Below are positions 12,480-26,365 of a DNA stretch of 64,000 nt, in pieces. How positions within the stretch are numbered: the stretch's first letter is position 1; each line of letters starts with the position of its first letter. This DNA is from Octopus sinensis (Eukaryota). Below the pieces are notes generated by a model that saw only the letters and a program-made list of their open reading frames with translations, was not told where the DNA came from and did no database searches. The stretch is from positions 61,380,001-61,444,000 of the forward strand of contig NC_043003.1 of NCBI RefSeq assembly GCF_006345805.1, read 5' to 3'. Made by a program: the position numbers and the translations under genes.

Positions 12480-14100
12480 CGAACGTTACCTTACCTCAGT
12501 TTATGAGAGACAAGACTTTGCCCAGAAACTCTGGTTGTAACAACTAAATGAGGCTGGACCTTTAATGGAAGGCCTCTTGTTCGGCAGTGGTTCAGTACAG
12601 ATGTAGACTGACCACAGCTGTTATCCGAAGACAACGCAGCAATAACAGAGTAAGGAGAAGGAAGAGGACCAGCAAAGAAGATAGGACAGTGGTGCAATGC
12701 TACTTAGAAAGTGAACCTAAAAGAAGGAGTTATACAAAACGGATGTTAACACTTTAGGTAGAGAAGAGTATTTTTAAAGTAACCGAGCGGAGCTAATGCT
12801 ATTAGAAAAAAGTGGATAACATAACTGGACGTGGAAGAGATCACTAGAGAACTGGAAAAGAAAGACTAGGCAGTAGAAAAGCCAAAGAACAACTTAAGAG
12901 ATACAGTTCAAACCAAAGAACCTAAAGAAAACATAACACCACCGATCAGGAAGGGACAACTAGCACCATCCAAGCTAAATGGTCCAAATCTAATGAAGGC
13001 TGTAAATATCTAGGCAGTATCATTACTTAAATACTCAGCAGCTTTTGTAGATTGGACAAAATCTGAATTGATAAATCTAGACAGAAGAACTAGGAAGGAA
13101 TTCAATATCAATGGTGGACTTCACCCAAGAACAGGAGTAGCAAGATTATACTTACCTAGAAAAGAAGGTGAAAGAGGGTTAATATCAGAAGAATGCATGG
13201 TGTTAGCTAGAGTAGATATAGCCTCCTATGTAGGTACTAGTGAAGAAATCTTATTAAGAGCTGCTAGAGTCACAGTAGGAAATGGGGAAACTAAAAAGTC
13301 AAATGAAGTTAAAAACCAGAAACAAGAAGAAAGATTGTCTGACTGGCAAGAGAAGGTTTTGCAGGAAATAGTAATGGTGAAACATCGATATGGTAGCAGA
13401 AAGGAAGGCTGAAAAGGGAGACAGAAAATTTGTTAGTAGCAGCACAAGACCAAGCATTGAGGACTAATTGGATAAAAGCCAAGATAGATAAAAACCAGGT
13501 AAATTTCCAATGTAGGTTATGTTAATCAAACGAGGAAAGTGTTACTCATATAGTAAGTGAATGTAGCATGCTGGCACAGAAAGAATACAAGATAAGACAT
13601 GACAACCTAGGGAGAGTAATCTACTGGGAGTTAGGTAGAAAGTTAAGATTTGGCCATACTGATAAATGGCATGAACATAAACCTAGTAAACTACAAAAAA
13701 GTAAGAAATATAAGATGTTGGGGAACTTTAACAACCAGACGTACAGAGTAACAGAAGCTAGAAGGCCTGATTTAGTAGTGATAAACAATGAGAATAGAAA
13801 GTGCCAGATAATTGCCTTTACAGTCCCAAATGATGGGAAAGTCAATATGAGAGGTATAGAGAAAACAACAAAGTACCATGACCAAGCCATTGAGTTACAG
13901 GGACTATGAAAAGTGCGGGTAAAATGTATCCCAGTAGTTATAGGTGCATTAGGAACTATCCCTAAAGATTTGAACTGAGGAAATAGGCATAACACCTAGT
14001 TTAGTACAGCTTCAGAAAACAGTATTATTAGGGACAACTAATTTAGGAAGGTCCTTGGAATCTAAGGTTACTTCTTGTAGCCCGATGTTATGAATTTTTC
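12480..14100 (+). pseudogene. R4/Dong-clade LINE, internally deleted (N-terminus + thumb/CCHC/REL; RT core missing)
   Basis: QCYLESEPKRRSYTKRML N-terminal motif; LHPRTGVARLYLPRKEGERGL; CRLC...ESVTHIVSECSMLAQKEYKIRHD zinc knuckle; RPDLVV...KYHD...IPVVIGALG REL domain; stops and frameshifts. Confidence 0.85.
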
Positions 14101-14454
14101 TTTTCCAAAAGTTTAGTGACATGTGTCATTTTATCGGGTGGTGATTATGTTTCGTATGGATTACCATAGTTGTGTCACCTGTTTGTTTTAATGTCGAATG
14201 GTGATTGTTTTCTAGAGTGTGTGGAGTGACGGTTGCGTAGGTTGTAATTGGAAGCGGTTGTCAGAATGTGTGTTACATAAACTGTGTTATGTGAGACTGT
14301 GTTGTAATATGAAGTCTTGATTATATAAGACTAGACTATGTGTGGTGTTCGTTTAATCAATGGTAATTGCACAAATATATGAGTTGAGTGCAGAGAGAGT
14401 CATGGGAGTTAAGCTATTTAATCTTTATCTTTTTATCGTTTTATCTTTTTATCT

Positions 14455-14845
14455 CTTACTTGTTTCAGTCATTTGGGCGTGACCATGTTGGAGCACCGCT
14501 TTAATACGACTTTAGCGGAACAAGTCAACACCAGTATTTAATTTATATGTATGGTATTTATTTTATTGGTTTCTTTTGCCGAACCGCTAATTACAGGGGT
14601 GTAAGCAAACCGACACTGATTGTCAAAGGGAGGTTGAGAACAAGCACAAACAGAGAGACACTCGAGCATACATATGTACGGCGGGATTCCACATGGTTTC
14701 CATCAACCAAATTTACTCACAAGATATTGATCAACTCGGGGCCATAGTAAAAGGCACTTGTTCAAAATGCCGCACAGTGAGACTGAACCCAAGACCACAT
14801 GATCGCAAAGCAAACGTCTTAACCACACATCCATGCCAGTGCCTA
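14455..14845 (-). mobile_element. Family B SINE
   Basis: Reverse complement of B consensus, moderately diverged. Confidence 0.8.
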
Positions 14846-16637
14846 AACATTTCCCAGTTATGAACTACGGCTTTAAAATAATAAATTGTAAGTTAAGCGA
14901 ATTGAAAAGCCTGGGTGTAAAATCTATTCATTGCATTTCGATCTTATTTGGAGAACCTTCGTCGTACACGGCGTATTTTGGATGTGTTTAGACCTAGTGG
15001 AGCCCATCCCTCACCAGGTTTGATTACAATCGATTTCTCCCTGGAAGAGACAAGCAGATAGGGATACAAACAGAAGAATCGAGCCAATACAGAACAGGTG
15101 TTTTATTTACCGACCCTGAAAGTTTGACTTCAGCGGTTTTTGAACTCAGAGCGCCAGAATAAATGCCACTCCGGAGACTTCGTCTCTTGACCGTCATGCT
15201 CACTCACGTCATTACAAAGCGCGCAAAAGGGAAGGCTTTTTGGTGCAAATAGAGAACTAATGCATCTAACGGCAATAGTTCGGAAGCAAAGTAAGGAAAA
15301 ATTATTAGGTTTATAAGTAAATAGAGAAAACGAGAGAAAAAACGTTTGTAAAATCAACAGCAAATTAGATTGAAGGAAAAGGTTCAGATAAGGAAAGTGA
15401 TAAAAAGCGAAAAGCAGATATGAGATTATTAAGTGAAAATATGTTAATAATAATTTCTACAATTGACGCAGAACCGAATGTTTGTAAAGAAACATAGAAT
15501 GTTTAAACAATCGCTACTCAGTAAAATAAACACAAAGCATACTCTTACATAATCGCGAACAGGGTGAGAAGTCAAACGCCAGGGGCAGAACATTTCGTCA
15601 GAGACAGAAGAGTAGTGGTGGTGGTGGTGGTGGTGACAGCGCCGGCGGTGGCAGTTATAGTCGTGTTGGAGGTGGCAGCGACCGTTATGGCTAAGCTGCT
15701 GACGGCAGCAGTGGTGTTGGTGGAGGTCGCCGTCATCGTGTTGATAGTAGTGGCGCCAGCAACGGCAGTAGTGGTTGTGGTGATGGTAGCGACAGTGGTG
15801 GTAATTGTGATAGTGGCAGCGGCAGTGATGAAGTTGGCGATCATGGTTGTGGTAGTTATGGGGATAGATAAATTAGAAGAGTGCCAGCGAAAAGTTATAT
15901 TTCCCTCTATATTTTGAAGAGGAGAATCTCCAGACATGTTTGTTAATCGGTTTAGACTGTGTCACGTGACAACTTTCTGGGGCTGCCAGCTGGAGCCTAG
16001 CAGCGAGTATTTAAAGGGAAATTTGACAAGACAGTCAGTCGCCCGCTGACACTTGTTGACGCTACATCGAAGAGGCCGGGGAAGAGAAGAAAGAAGGAAA
16101 AAGAAGACATGCACCCAACACCAGAGCTGAAGACACCTCCGAAAGCGGGGGGGGGGGGCAACGTTAAAACGTTAGAGAAGTAGGGGCCGAAACCGGACGT
16201 GGTTCCTCCTGATGATGTCTTGGGCTAAAAGGAGCTGTTGTGGTAGCAGACCACGAAACATGGTTAAAATTCCTCCTTCCATGAAATGGAGTTGGTGCGC
16301 TTGGACTTATTATTTAGTTTGTACGTTAGAATGGGTTCAAATTTTGGCAAAAGACCACCAGTTTTGGGGGAGGCGTAAGTCGATTAAATCGATCCAGTGT
16401 GCAACTGGTACTTATTTTATCAACCCCGAAAGGATAAAAGGCAAAGTCGACCACGGTGGAATTTGAACATAGAAAAAATTCCGCAAAACTTTTTGTCCAC
16501 CATAATTCGTGTGACATAGCGTTATTAAATTGTCCTATTCTGTAGCGCAAATTGTTTTGTGTATGTAGTATGTATGTATGTACATATGTATGAATGTATG
16601 CAGGTATGTGTATATGCATGTATGTATGTTTCTATAT

Positions 16638-17029
16638 ACTCTTTTACTTGTTTCAGTCATTTGACCGTGGTCGAGAAAATCGACCCTATAACTTATTCTT
16701 TGTAAGCCTAGTACTTATTCTATCGGTATCGTTTGCTGAATCGCTAAGTTACGGGGACATAAACACACCAGCGTCGGTTGTCAAGCGATGTTGAGGGGAA
16801 AAACACAGACACACAAACACATACACATATATATATATATATATATATATAAATATACATATATTCGACAGGCTTCTTTCAGTTTCCGTCTACCAAATCC
16901 ACTCACAAGGCTTTGGTCGGCTCGAGGCTATAGTAGAAGATACTTGCTCAAGGTGCCACGCAGTGGGACTGAACCCGGAACCGTGTGGTTCGTAAGCAAG
17001 CTACTTACCACACGGCCACTCCTACGCCT
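16638..17029 (-). mobile_element. Family B SINE
   Basis: Near-consensus head, internal (TA)n. Confidence 0.88.
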
Positions 17030-17304
17030 GTATTTATATCCTCTTCTTTAATTATTTGGTTCTATCAAGAAACAAAACTTCATTACTGGAATTTGGACAA
17101 CAAAATCTAGGCGTATTACATGATGAAGCTCGTAATACTTCATTTGCAAATAACGCTTAATATTATTATTCGCAAAGCTCATTTTAGCTGATCACTATTT
17201 TTGCTTGAAAACGTTTGCCACTTTCTCTTTTAATAACGTGGGTGTGAGCACCAATACTTATAAAGATAAATATGTTTTAATAATCAGTGTCACACACACA
17301 CACA

Positions 17305-17391
<87 letters not shown>

Positions 17392-17392
<1 letters not shown>

Positions 17393-18305
17393 AGAAAACA
17401 AAATGGAACAAGAACGTAAAAGACGATAACAAAGCATCAGGACAGTTAGACAATACAAAAAGGACAGGAAAAAAACAAGGACGGGTTATTCGGAGCTTCC
17501 TATCTTCAGTCGAGTTCGAGATCATCTTAGCATTTTCGGCCGGTTACACTCGAGACTGCTCAAATCTGGCCAACCCCAAGAGAATCTAAGCTAAGAGCAC
17601 TAGATTCCTTGGAAGAAAGCAAGCGAATGTATACGAAAAGAATGACGAAAAACGGAGAAATGGTACATAGTTACAAACACAAACAAAAGATGTCTTTCGA
17701 CTTAGGATGAATTAAATTAAGCTGGCGTGTGTGGAAGTGAGGGCCTTACGGCAGGGACATAATAGGTGAAAGTCATAGGAAGGAATATAAGAGATGCTAC
17801 ACGGACGGTAGTCGAACCAAGGAAGAAATGTCAGGCTTGACGGAACACTGACCACGGGGAAGAAGAGTGAGGTAGGGGCAGAGGGATTGAAGAATTAGGA
17901 AGGGACGAGAAAGAGAGAATTGATAGGAAAGGGACAGAGTGAAGTAAAAAAGGAGGGAAAGTGAGAATGAAGGGAAGGCCAAGAAATGTGAGAGAGGGGA
18001 GCGAGAAAAAGAAAAGTGGAAAGAACGAAGAAAGTGTGAAGGGAGCTAAAAGAAAGTCAGAGAGTCGTACAGAATTTATATATATATATATATATATATA
18101 TGTACTTACATACAGGAGACCGAAAGTGTACGTACGCTACTATATGTATGTGTAAAAACGAAAACAAAAATGGAACAAGAACGTAAACGGCGACAACAAA
18201 ATATCCGGACAGTTAGACGATACGAAAAAGGACAGGAAAAACAAGGACCAGTCATTCGGAGCTTCTTATCATCAGTCGAGTTCCAGATCATCTTAGCAGT
18301 TTCGG
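17392..18305. repeat. Two ~150-bp direct repeats (about 17392-17545 and 18157-18305) separated by a purine-rich tract
   Basis: Shared AAAACAAAATGGAACAAGAACGTAAA...GGACAGTTAGAC...TTCGGAGCTTC...CAGTCGAGTTC...GATCATCTTAGC. Confidence 0.75.
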
Positions 18306-18414
18306 CTATCTCATTAAGAGATCATAAATCAATGAAAATACTGGTTAGTTACCAATCTATAGAAAGAACGACTATAAGGTAACCACATAAACCGTAGTTC
18401 ATATATATATATAT

Positions 18415-18908
18415 ATAAAGACTAAGGAGAAAATGGGGAGGTAATTAATAAAATTATTTATTAATTATAAATTGACAACACCACTGACAGCTGTTTCGAT
18501 TCAGAAATCTTTATGAGAAATACATACATACACATGCAAATGTACACTCACACACTGGGGAATAGATACTTCGTTTCTCAATAAAAAGAGTTAGTTACAT
18601 TTAGTTTACCGGTTTCTTAACTCCTTGATTTTCAATCAGTGTGAGATGACAGAGCCGGGATCTAAGGCGTATTTGTATTGACTCTTCTGGAGTCTAAAAC
18701 TTGCAGTTTCATAGCCGTTACCTCAACATGTATTTCTAATCGGTATATCTTTACTACCCCTGAAGAGATTCATCTTATAATGATTTTAATTTTCTCAAAT
18801 TAATTATCTAAAGATTTCTGGATCGAAACGGCCATCAGAGATGTCACATTTTATAATTAGTAAATAATTTTATTAATTACCACTCCATTTTCTCCTTATT
18901 CTTTATAT
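18415..18908. mobile_element. Foldback element, ~95-bp inverted arms around ~300-bp spacer, Penelope-like
   Basis: Arms about 18415-18512 and 18810-18908 are reverse complements; (TA)n on both flanks; each arm has a degenerate HHR-like GAT-loop-ATC-GAAAC-palindrome-GTC/ATC module. Confidence 0.65.
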
Positions 18909-18925
18909 ATATATAGATATATATA

Positions 18926-18981
<56 letters not shown>

Positions 18982-19519
18982 CTGTATAATAATATATCAT
19001 GATAATATTTATTCTCCGATTTGAAACGACAATTTTTAAATACAAACAAATGACCGAAAAATGATGATCTAACCTCAGGCAGAATCGAAGCCATAAATCA
19101 ATGCTTACACGGCTCCTTGAACATCCGATTGGCCAAACTTACAAAGCCTTTCGGGTATGTTTATAAATATTATATATATATATATGTGAAGCGTACATAA
19201 CAGCAACAGCTAGCTATTGTCAGATAAAGGACTCGAGACGTTCATAAGCCAGTCAAAAGTTCATATCAATTTGTTACAATATTTCGTCATAAACAACGTA
19301 TTTCCATTTTCCGGCATAGGAAAATCAACTATAGGATAAATTGAAATACACTGTAGTTTGTAAGGATATAATTTCATAATTACATGCATACACCCAAACG
19401 TGTGTATGTGTATGTATATATATATATATATATATATATTTGTGTGTGTGCTTGTATACATCAATATGTGTATTTGTTTTTGTATGTTTCCATGTATATC
19501 TGTATACGTGTGTTTATGC

Positions 19520-19582
<63 letters not shown>

Positions 19583-19855
19583 ATATATGTGTTTACGTAT
19601 GCATACATTTATATGCATGTGTGTGTATGTATGCATGAGCATATGCATATATGTTTGTGTGTCTGTATGCAAAAGCTAAAGGTTGTCTATTGATTTTTCA
19701 AGCAGAATAATTCATTTAACTCGACAGTAGGATGAAAACAATTAATTTTAAGATCCTGGCCGCCATGGAGATGCATTTAAAGTGTTTGGCATAAATTTGA
19801 AAAACTGTGAAACCTATAAAATAATACTAATAGTAATCCAATCTATGTGGTTTTG

Positions 19856-19902
<47 letters not shown>

Positions 19903-20953
19903 AAATATATAACTGTATAGATACACATATATACATAAATACATACATACGTAAACACAAGCACATCGTATGGATTCTGACATATGTAAGCATTTATGTA
20001 TGTATGTTTGTGTGTGTGTGTATGTATGTATGTATGTAGGTATGTAGGTATGTAGGTATGTATGTATATATGTATGTTTGTATGTATGTATGTATGTATG
20101 TATGTATGTATGTATGTATGTATGTATGTATGTATGTATGTATGTATGTATGCTCCTGTGTTTCATTCGAGTAGATATTCTTCTATCGAAATATTACTTG
20201 TGTTCTCTGCGAGAATGTCTAGAATATTTATTTTCATTAGAATTTAGATTCGATTTAGAAAAATACAATTACAAAAAAAAAAAAAAAAGAAAATAACAAA
20301 ATGTTTTTTTCTATTAAATGGAAAACGAATTGTTAATGATATACATTTATTCAAGAAGATCAAAAATAACTACATGTCTTTCCGATAATTGCCATCTATC
20401 GACACTTTGGTGACTGTGTTTTCCTTAACCAAATGATGCAACTAGTTAACTGTATAACTGAAGTCATTGTTCTGCCAACATCAGACATTATCAGGAGGAC
20501 TTGAGGTTAAAAACGTTCCAATTACACCAACAAGCATATCTGAGACTACATTTTTTATTGCCTGTCTTTTATTTGTTTCGGTGATTAGACTGCGACCATG
20601 CTGGAGCACGACCTTGAGGTATTTTCGTCGAATAAATCGAAATACTCTTTTTTTTACTCTTTTACTTGTTTCAGTCATTTGACTGCGGCCATGCAGGAGC
20701 ACCGCCTTTAGTCGAGCAAATCGACCCCGGGACTTATTCTTTGGAAGCCCAGTACTTATTCTATCGGTCTCTTTTGCCGTATTATTTTTTTCTTATTTTT
20801 TGAAGACTGATAAATATTCTATCGCACCTTTTTGTCGAACCGCGCTAATTTACGGGGACGTAAACATACCAACACCGGTTTTCAAGCGGTGGGGGAGAAC
20901 AGACACAGACACAAGCAAATACATACATACATACACATACACACACACACATA

Positions 20954-20992
<39 letters not shown>

Positions 20993-20994
20993 TT

Positions 20995-21408
20995 TTACTC
21001 TTTCTCTTTTACTCTCTGTTACTTGTGACTGTGGCCATGCTAGAGTACCACCTTTAGTCGAGCAAATCGACCCCAGGACTTATTCTTTGTAAGCCTAGTA
21101 CTTATTTTATCGGGCTCTTTTGCCGAACCGCTAAGTTACGGTGAACTAAACACACCAGCATCGGTTGTCAAGCGATGTTGTGTGGGGGCGACAAACACTG
21201 ACACACAAACATATACACACACATACATATATATATATATACATATATACGACGGGCTTCTTCCAGTTTCTATCTACCAAATCCTCTCACAAGGCTTTGG
21301 TCGGACCGAGACAATAGTAGAAGACACTCGCCCAAGGTGCCACGCAGTGGGACTGAACCTGGAACCATGTGGTTCGTAAGCAAGTTACTTACCACACAGC
21401 CATTCCTA
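20995..21408 (-). mobile_element. Family B SINE (preceded by several B tail fragments at 20540-20940)
   Basis: Reverse complement of B consensus. Confidence 0.85.
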
Positions 21409-21443
21409 CACACACACACACGCACATACACGCACGCACACAC

Positions 21444-21496
<53 letters not shown>

Positions 21497-23431
21497 AAGA
21501 CAATTACAATGAATACAGAGATTAATACATCTGTATATTTTTTTATTTCTGCTGTCAATTTTGCAGCATATTTGATTTAAATATGTCCGACGCGCGTTTC
21601 TACTCCATAGGCATCTCGTAAATTGCATTTGCACCCAGTGACACTCAGATAAATATTAGTCTACGTAACTTTATTCAAGATCAAAGCACTGACGTGGTCC
21701 GAAGCTTCAGCATGCTTGGGTGGTTAAGAATCTCGCTTTACAACCACGTGATTTCGAGTTCAGTTCCACATCACGACACCTTAAGAAATTGACTTCCATT
21801 ATGGCTGTGGGCCGACCAATACCTTGTAAGCAAAATAGTACTCAGAAACCGTGTGAAAGCGTGTCGTGTTTATATGTATGTGTTTATGTGTATGTGTATG
21901 TGTGTGTGTGGTTTTGTGTGACCCCTACCTACGGCTTGACATCTCCGAACCCTAGCGGTTCGGCAAAAGAAACCGAAAAAATAACAAATATCAGGCTTTA
22001 AAAAGTCAATACTACCATGACAGATATCCAAACTACAGTAGAGAAAGCTAGCCACTGATTTGGTTAAAAAGCGACGATGAGCGATGGCTAGAAGAATATT
22101 GAGCTTTATTTGATAACCAGTTGATCTAGCAAGCGGACCTCATATCAGTGAGGCGGGGCCGGTGCGCATTGATGCCGTCGAGAGGTAGGCTCCGAAACGG
22201 CGCGCATTCTCTCCTGATGACCCCATACACTTGACTGGTAGCACTTGTATATGAACGTTGTTTGCAAGACATCAGGCTTTAAAACAGTAATAAACACAGG
22301 GGCCGATTTATTTGACCGAACCCTTCAGGGCGGTACCCCAGTATGACCGCAGTCCTGAAAGAAAGAAGAGATGTATGATGACTAAAATAGGTGTTTGAAA
22401 CAAATTAACATGAAATTTAGTTAGGAATTTCTGATTTCGACTTGTTTAAAATATGAAGGTTTTATCATAGAACCAAGAGGCGAGCAAAAACAACTACAAT
22501 CTCTAGATAGCCGTGATTGATTCGGAAAATGGTTGGACATAAAGCAAAACGAAAGAGAGAAGAAAAGAATTCATAGAACCAGAAGCAGGTATCGTAGAGA
22601 AAATATTGCTGTTCTTCATACTTATTTGCTAAACGTGCTTCCGTTGACAAGGTGAAAGCGTTGGTAGAATTTCTATAGGTTATTGATACAGTTACTCAAT
22701 GGCCGCAGTTCTCATTTCCGATTTATACAAAAGTGAGCATGTTGTATTCGGTCAAGAGAAAAGACACAAAATTGGAACATATCATGTGTCCGGGCAAAGC
22801 CAGTATAAATTAAAGTGACATGCCATTAGTGAGGCGTTCATCAAAGGAATGTTTAAATTGAGCGTCAGAAACCTTACATACACCCACACGCACTCACACA
22901 CCCCTACACCACACACACACACACCACACACACACACATACACACACTTCTCTGTGGCTATTCTGAGATTGGCGTTTCCGATAACTCACAAAAGCACCGG
23001 AATACATCATATTCCAACAAAGAAATATAGTCTACTAAATGTACTGAGAACCATTTTCAATTCGTCTTGTATTTCAAACACACACACACACACACACACA
23101 CACAAAGACACACACACACACACACAACACACACACACAACACACACACAAACACACACACGGTGTCGACCTGGACTGGAATTGTTTCATCGACCCCTTA
23201 ACGATGAAAGACCGAATTGAACTTGGCGGAATTTGAACTCAGGGTGCTGAAAGTTAAAACAAATGTTGTGATATGTACGACGGGATTCCACAAATTTTCC
23301 GTCTACTAAATCTACTCACAAGGTTCTGGCCGGTCCGAGGCTACAGTAGACAACATTTGTCCGCTGTACTTGAAACCATGTTGGAAAATAAACTTCTTAA
23401 TATGTAAAAATGTGTGTGTGTGTGTGTGTGT

Positions 23432-23464
<33 letters not shown>

Positions 23465-23817
23465 GTGTGTGTGTGATTATTCAGTTTTATTTCAAGATTT
23501 CTTGCCAATAAAGAAAGAGTCGATTTCTAACCTAGAACCAAAGCTCCTTCAATGGAATTTCATCAACATCAACAGGGTATTTTTGTATGTATGTAAATGT
23601 GCATATTTGTATGTTTTGCTTATGTATATATGTACGTATGTATGTATGTATGTATGTATGTATGTATGTATGCATGTATGTATGTGTGTGTGTATGCACG
23701 TATGCATGTATGTATGCATGTATGCAAGCATGTATGTATGTATGTATGTATGTATGTATGTATGTATGTATGTATGTATATGTATATATGTATGTATGTG
23801 TGTGTATGTATGTATGT

Positions 23818-24845
23818 GTCAACGACGGAAAGGCCTTCGACAGCGTCCTGATGATCGCAGTGCCGAAATCTCCGGAAATGCAAGGAAACATCGAGCTGCA
23901 ATAAACCAAACTACTCAGAGATGCGAACTCTGGACGCTCCGCTGATATAACTCAGCTTTTTCCACCAGTAAGAGTTCCAACTGAAAAGGTCGTCAAACAA
24001 AGAGATGCCATCTTTCAGAAACTCTTTACCGCACGTCTAGAAGTGGTCCTCAGAATGAGTAGTTGGCTTGAACATCATCAGCGAAAGCGAAAAGTTCGCC
24101 GTTTCGCAAATGGCATTGTATTCATCGTCGAAATCAAAGATTAGCTGCAGACAATGCTGATAGAGCTGGGTACCTATAGCTCAGCAGTAGGCCATGAAAA
24201 CAAAATACATGCAATCTGAAAACGTAGTACCAGGCGAATAGAGGTGAGAAGCGATGAAATCGAGAAAATAAAAGTGTGCGTCTACTTCAGAAACACAGTG
24301 AATATGCAGCGAAAGATGAATGTTGAAATTTCGAAGAGAATAAGAGCAGGATGGAAAACGTTTACTTCAATACGTAAAGGATGTGCTCAAGCAAAGCTGG
24401 ACAAGACCATCCGTACCAAACTCTTCAGTGGCATCGTTCTGCCTACGTTCTTATATGTAAGTGAGATGTGGGCTACTGCGAAGAGGGAAATGTATCGATT
24501 TGGTATAACGCAAAGGACCATGGAAAGATCCATATTACGGATAACATTGCAGGAGTATATCCGAAATGAAATAATTCGAGAACGGGTCCGAGTGAATGAT
24601 ATGATCATAGAATACCAAAATCGCAAGTTCTGGAGGATCGGACGTGTTGCAAGATTCACAGAAAGCAAGGGGACCAGTGCAATTGCAATTTACTGATCTC
24701 CAAGAGATAAAGGTTACTCGGAAAGACTCCACGGTGATGAAAACGATTTAGTTATACAATTTGGGCCAAGATGGAAAAAGAATGGCGCAATCAACAAAAA
24801 TTGGAAGCGTGTTGTGACCGGCGATGCATGACAAAGTGAGATAGT
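23818..24845 (+). pseudogene. RTE-clade LINE, 5'-truncated, degenerate RT
   Basis: DGKAFDSV (RT motif), QRDAIFQKLF (QGD..SP.LF), RFANGIV (decayed FADD), EISKRIRAGWKTF, TQRTMERSIL, WRIGRVAR; begins at a (TATG)n tract. Confidence 0.85.
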
Positions 24846-24888
24846 CTGATACAGTGTTTTATATATATATATATATATAAACAATTGT

Positions 24889-25215
24889 AGCGTGGAAGGC
24901 GTTTATGAGCCATTTAAGAAACACACAAAAACCGTTAGATTCACTTCAACATTTAAATTTAATTTCCCAAATATTTTCGTTTCGTCGCTTTGAGACCGCG
25001 ACCTGTTCACTGATGCAGCACGGAATTTTGTCAGTGAACAGGTCGCGGTCTCAACGACGAAAATATTTTGGGAAATTAAATTTAAATGTTGAAGTGAATC
25101 TAACGGTTTTTGTGTGTTTCTTAAATGGCTTATAAACACCTTCCATGCTGCCATTATTTTCGTTCCAGCACATGTCTCAGATCAGGTCACAAGCTATGCA
25201 AGTACATCTCCGTAA
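24889..25215. mobile_element. Foldback element: ~120-bp near-perfect inverted arms, 17-nt loop, plus unpaired 3' extension
   Basis: 24889-25013 is the reverse complement of 25031-25149; (TA)n on both flanks. Confidence 0.8.
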
Positions 25216-25239
25216 TAAATAAATAAATAAATAATATAT

Positions 25240-25270
<31 letters not shown>

Positions 25271-25700
25271 TATGTAATATATATATATATATGTTATATA
25301 TGTATATTGTATGTATAATATATTATGTATGTTTGTATGTATATGTATTATGCCATGCATGTATGTATGTATAATATAAAGAAATGGAGAGTTTGAACAC
25401 AACAAATCAATTTATTTATTTGCATACTAGTCAAATTCATAACGCTTACGCGCGTTTCAATACCTACCTTTATTCATATTTTACAATTGATATTTCACAA
25501 TTAAAAGTTTGCATTATGAATTTAGATGGTAAAAATTTCTTCAGGGGAAAAATTGACATGTTCATTTACATCCTAATAGATGTAGTGCTCACTACAGCCT
25601 GAATGACAGCATGTGTGTGTGCGTTAGCATGTGTTTCCTTGGATTCTATGTACGGGAGTGTTTCTTATAGACTGACTGGCATTGTGTGTATTTGTGTGTA

Positions 25701-25745
<45 letters not shown>

Positions 25746-25960
25746 GCATGTTTGTCTTTGGATTTTGTTCTAAAAATAGCTAGAATTTAAACTTTGGCCC
25801 AAGTGGACAATGGCTAGTTGTACTGAGAATGTTAGGTCATACTACTAATTCCCCTCGATGGAATTTAGATATTTTTTTCTTTTATAAATTGGCTGGTTGT
25901 CGCTCTACTCGCTACCTGCTTGTCAAGAGAACAAAATAAAGATATAAATATGCAATTTTC

Positions 25961-26365
25961 TTTTTTTTTACTTGTTTCAGTCATTTGACTGTGGCCATGC
26001 TGGAGCACCGCCTTTAGTCGAGCAAATCGACCCCGGGACTTATTCTTTGTAAACCCAGTACTTACTCTATCGGTGTCTTTTGCCGAACCGCTAAGTGACG
26101 GGGACGTAAACACACCAGCATCGGTTGACAAGCAATGCTAGGGGGACAAACAGACACACAAACACACACATACACACACACATATATATATATACATATA
26201 TACAACAGGCTTCTTTCAGTTTCCGTCTACCAAATCCACTCACAAGGCTTTGGTTGGCCCGAGGCTATAGTAGAAGACACTTGCCCAAGATGCCACGCAG
26301 TGGGACTGAACCCGGAACCATGTGGTTGGTTAGCAAGCTACTACCACACAGCCACTCCTGCACCT
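25961..26365 (-). mobile_element. Family B SINE, young full length
   Basis: Near-consensus, CpGs retained. Confidence 0.9.

Noticed and set aside
15564-15937. Mucin-like Thr/Ala-rich or Val-rich ORFs (similar at 29046-29516)
   Set aside because: They are eroded GTG/GCA/GAT trinucleotide tracts, open on both strands, without splice or domain evidence.
17480-18280. CTGAAGA/CTGATGA cores on the minus strand of the 17.4/18.2-kb direct repeats
   Set aside because: Both read GAAT instead of GAAA and lack a pairing stem I; not callable as hammerheads.
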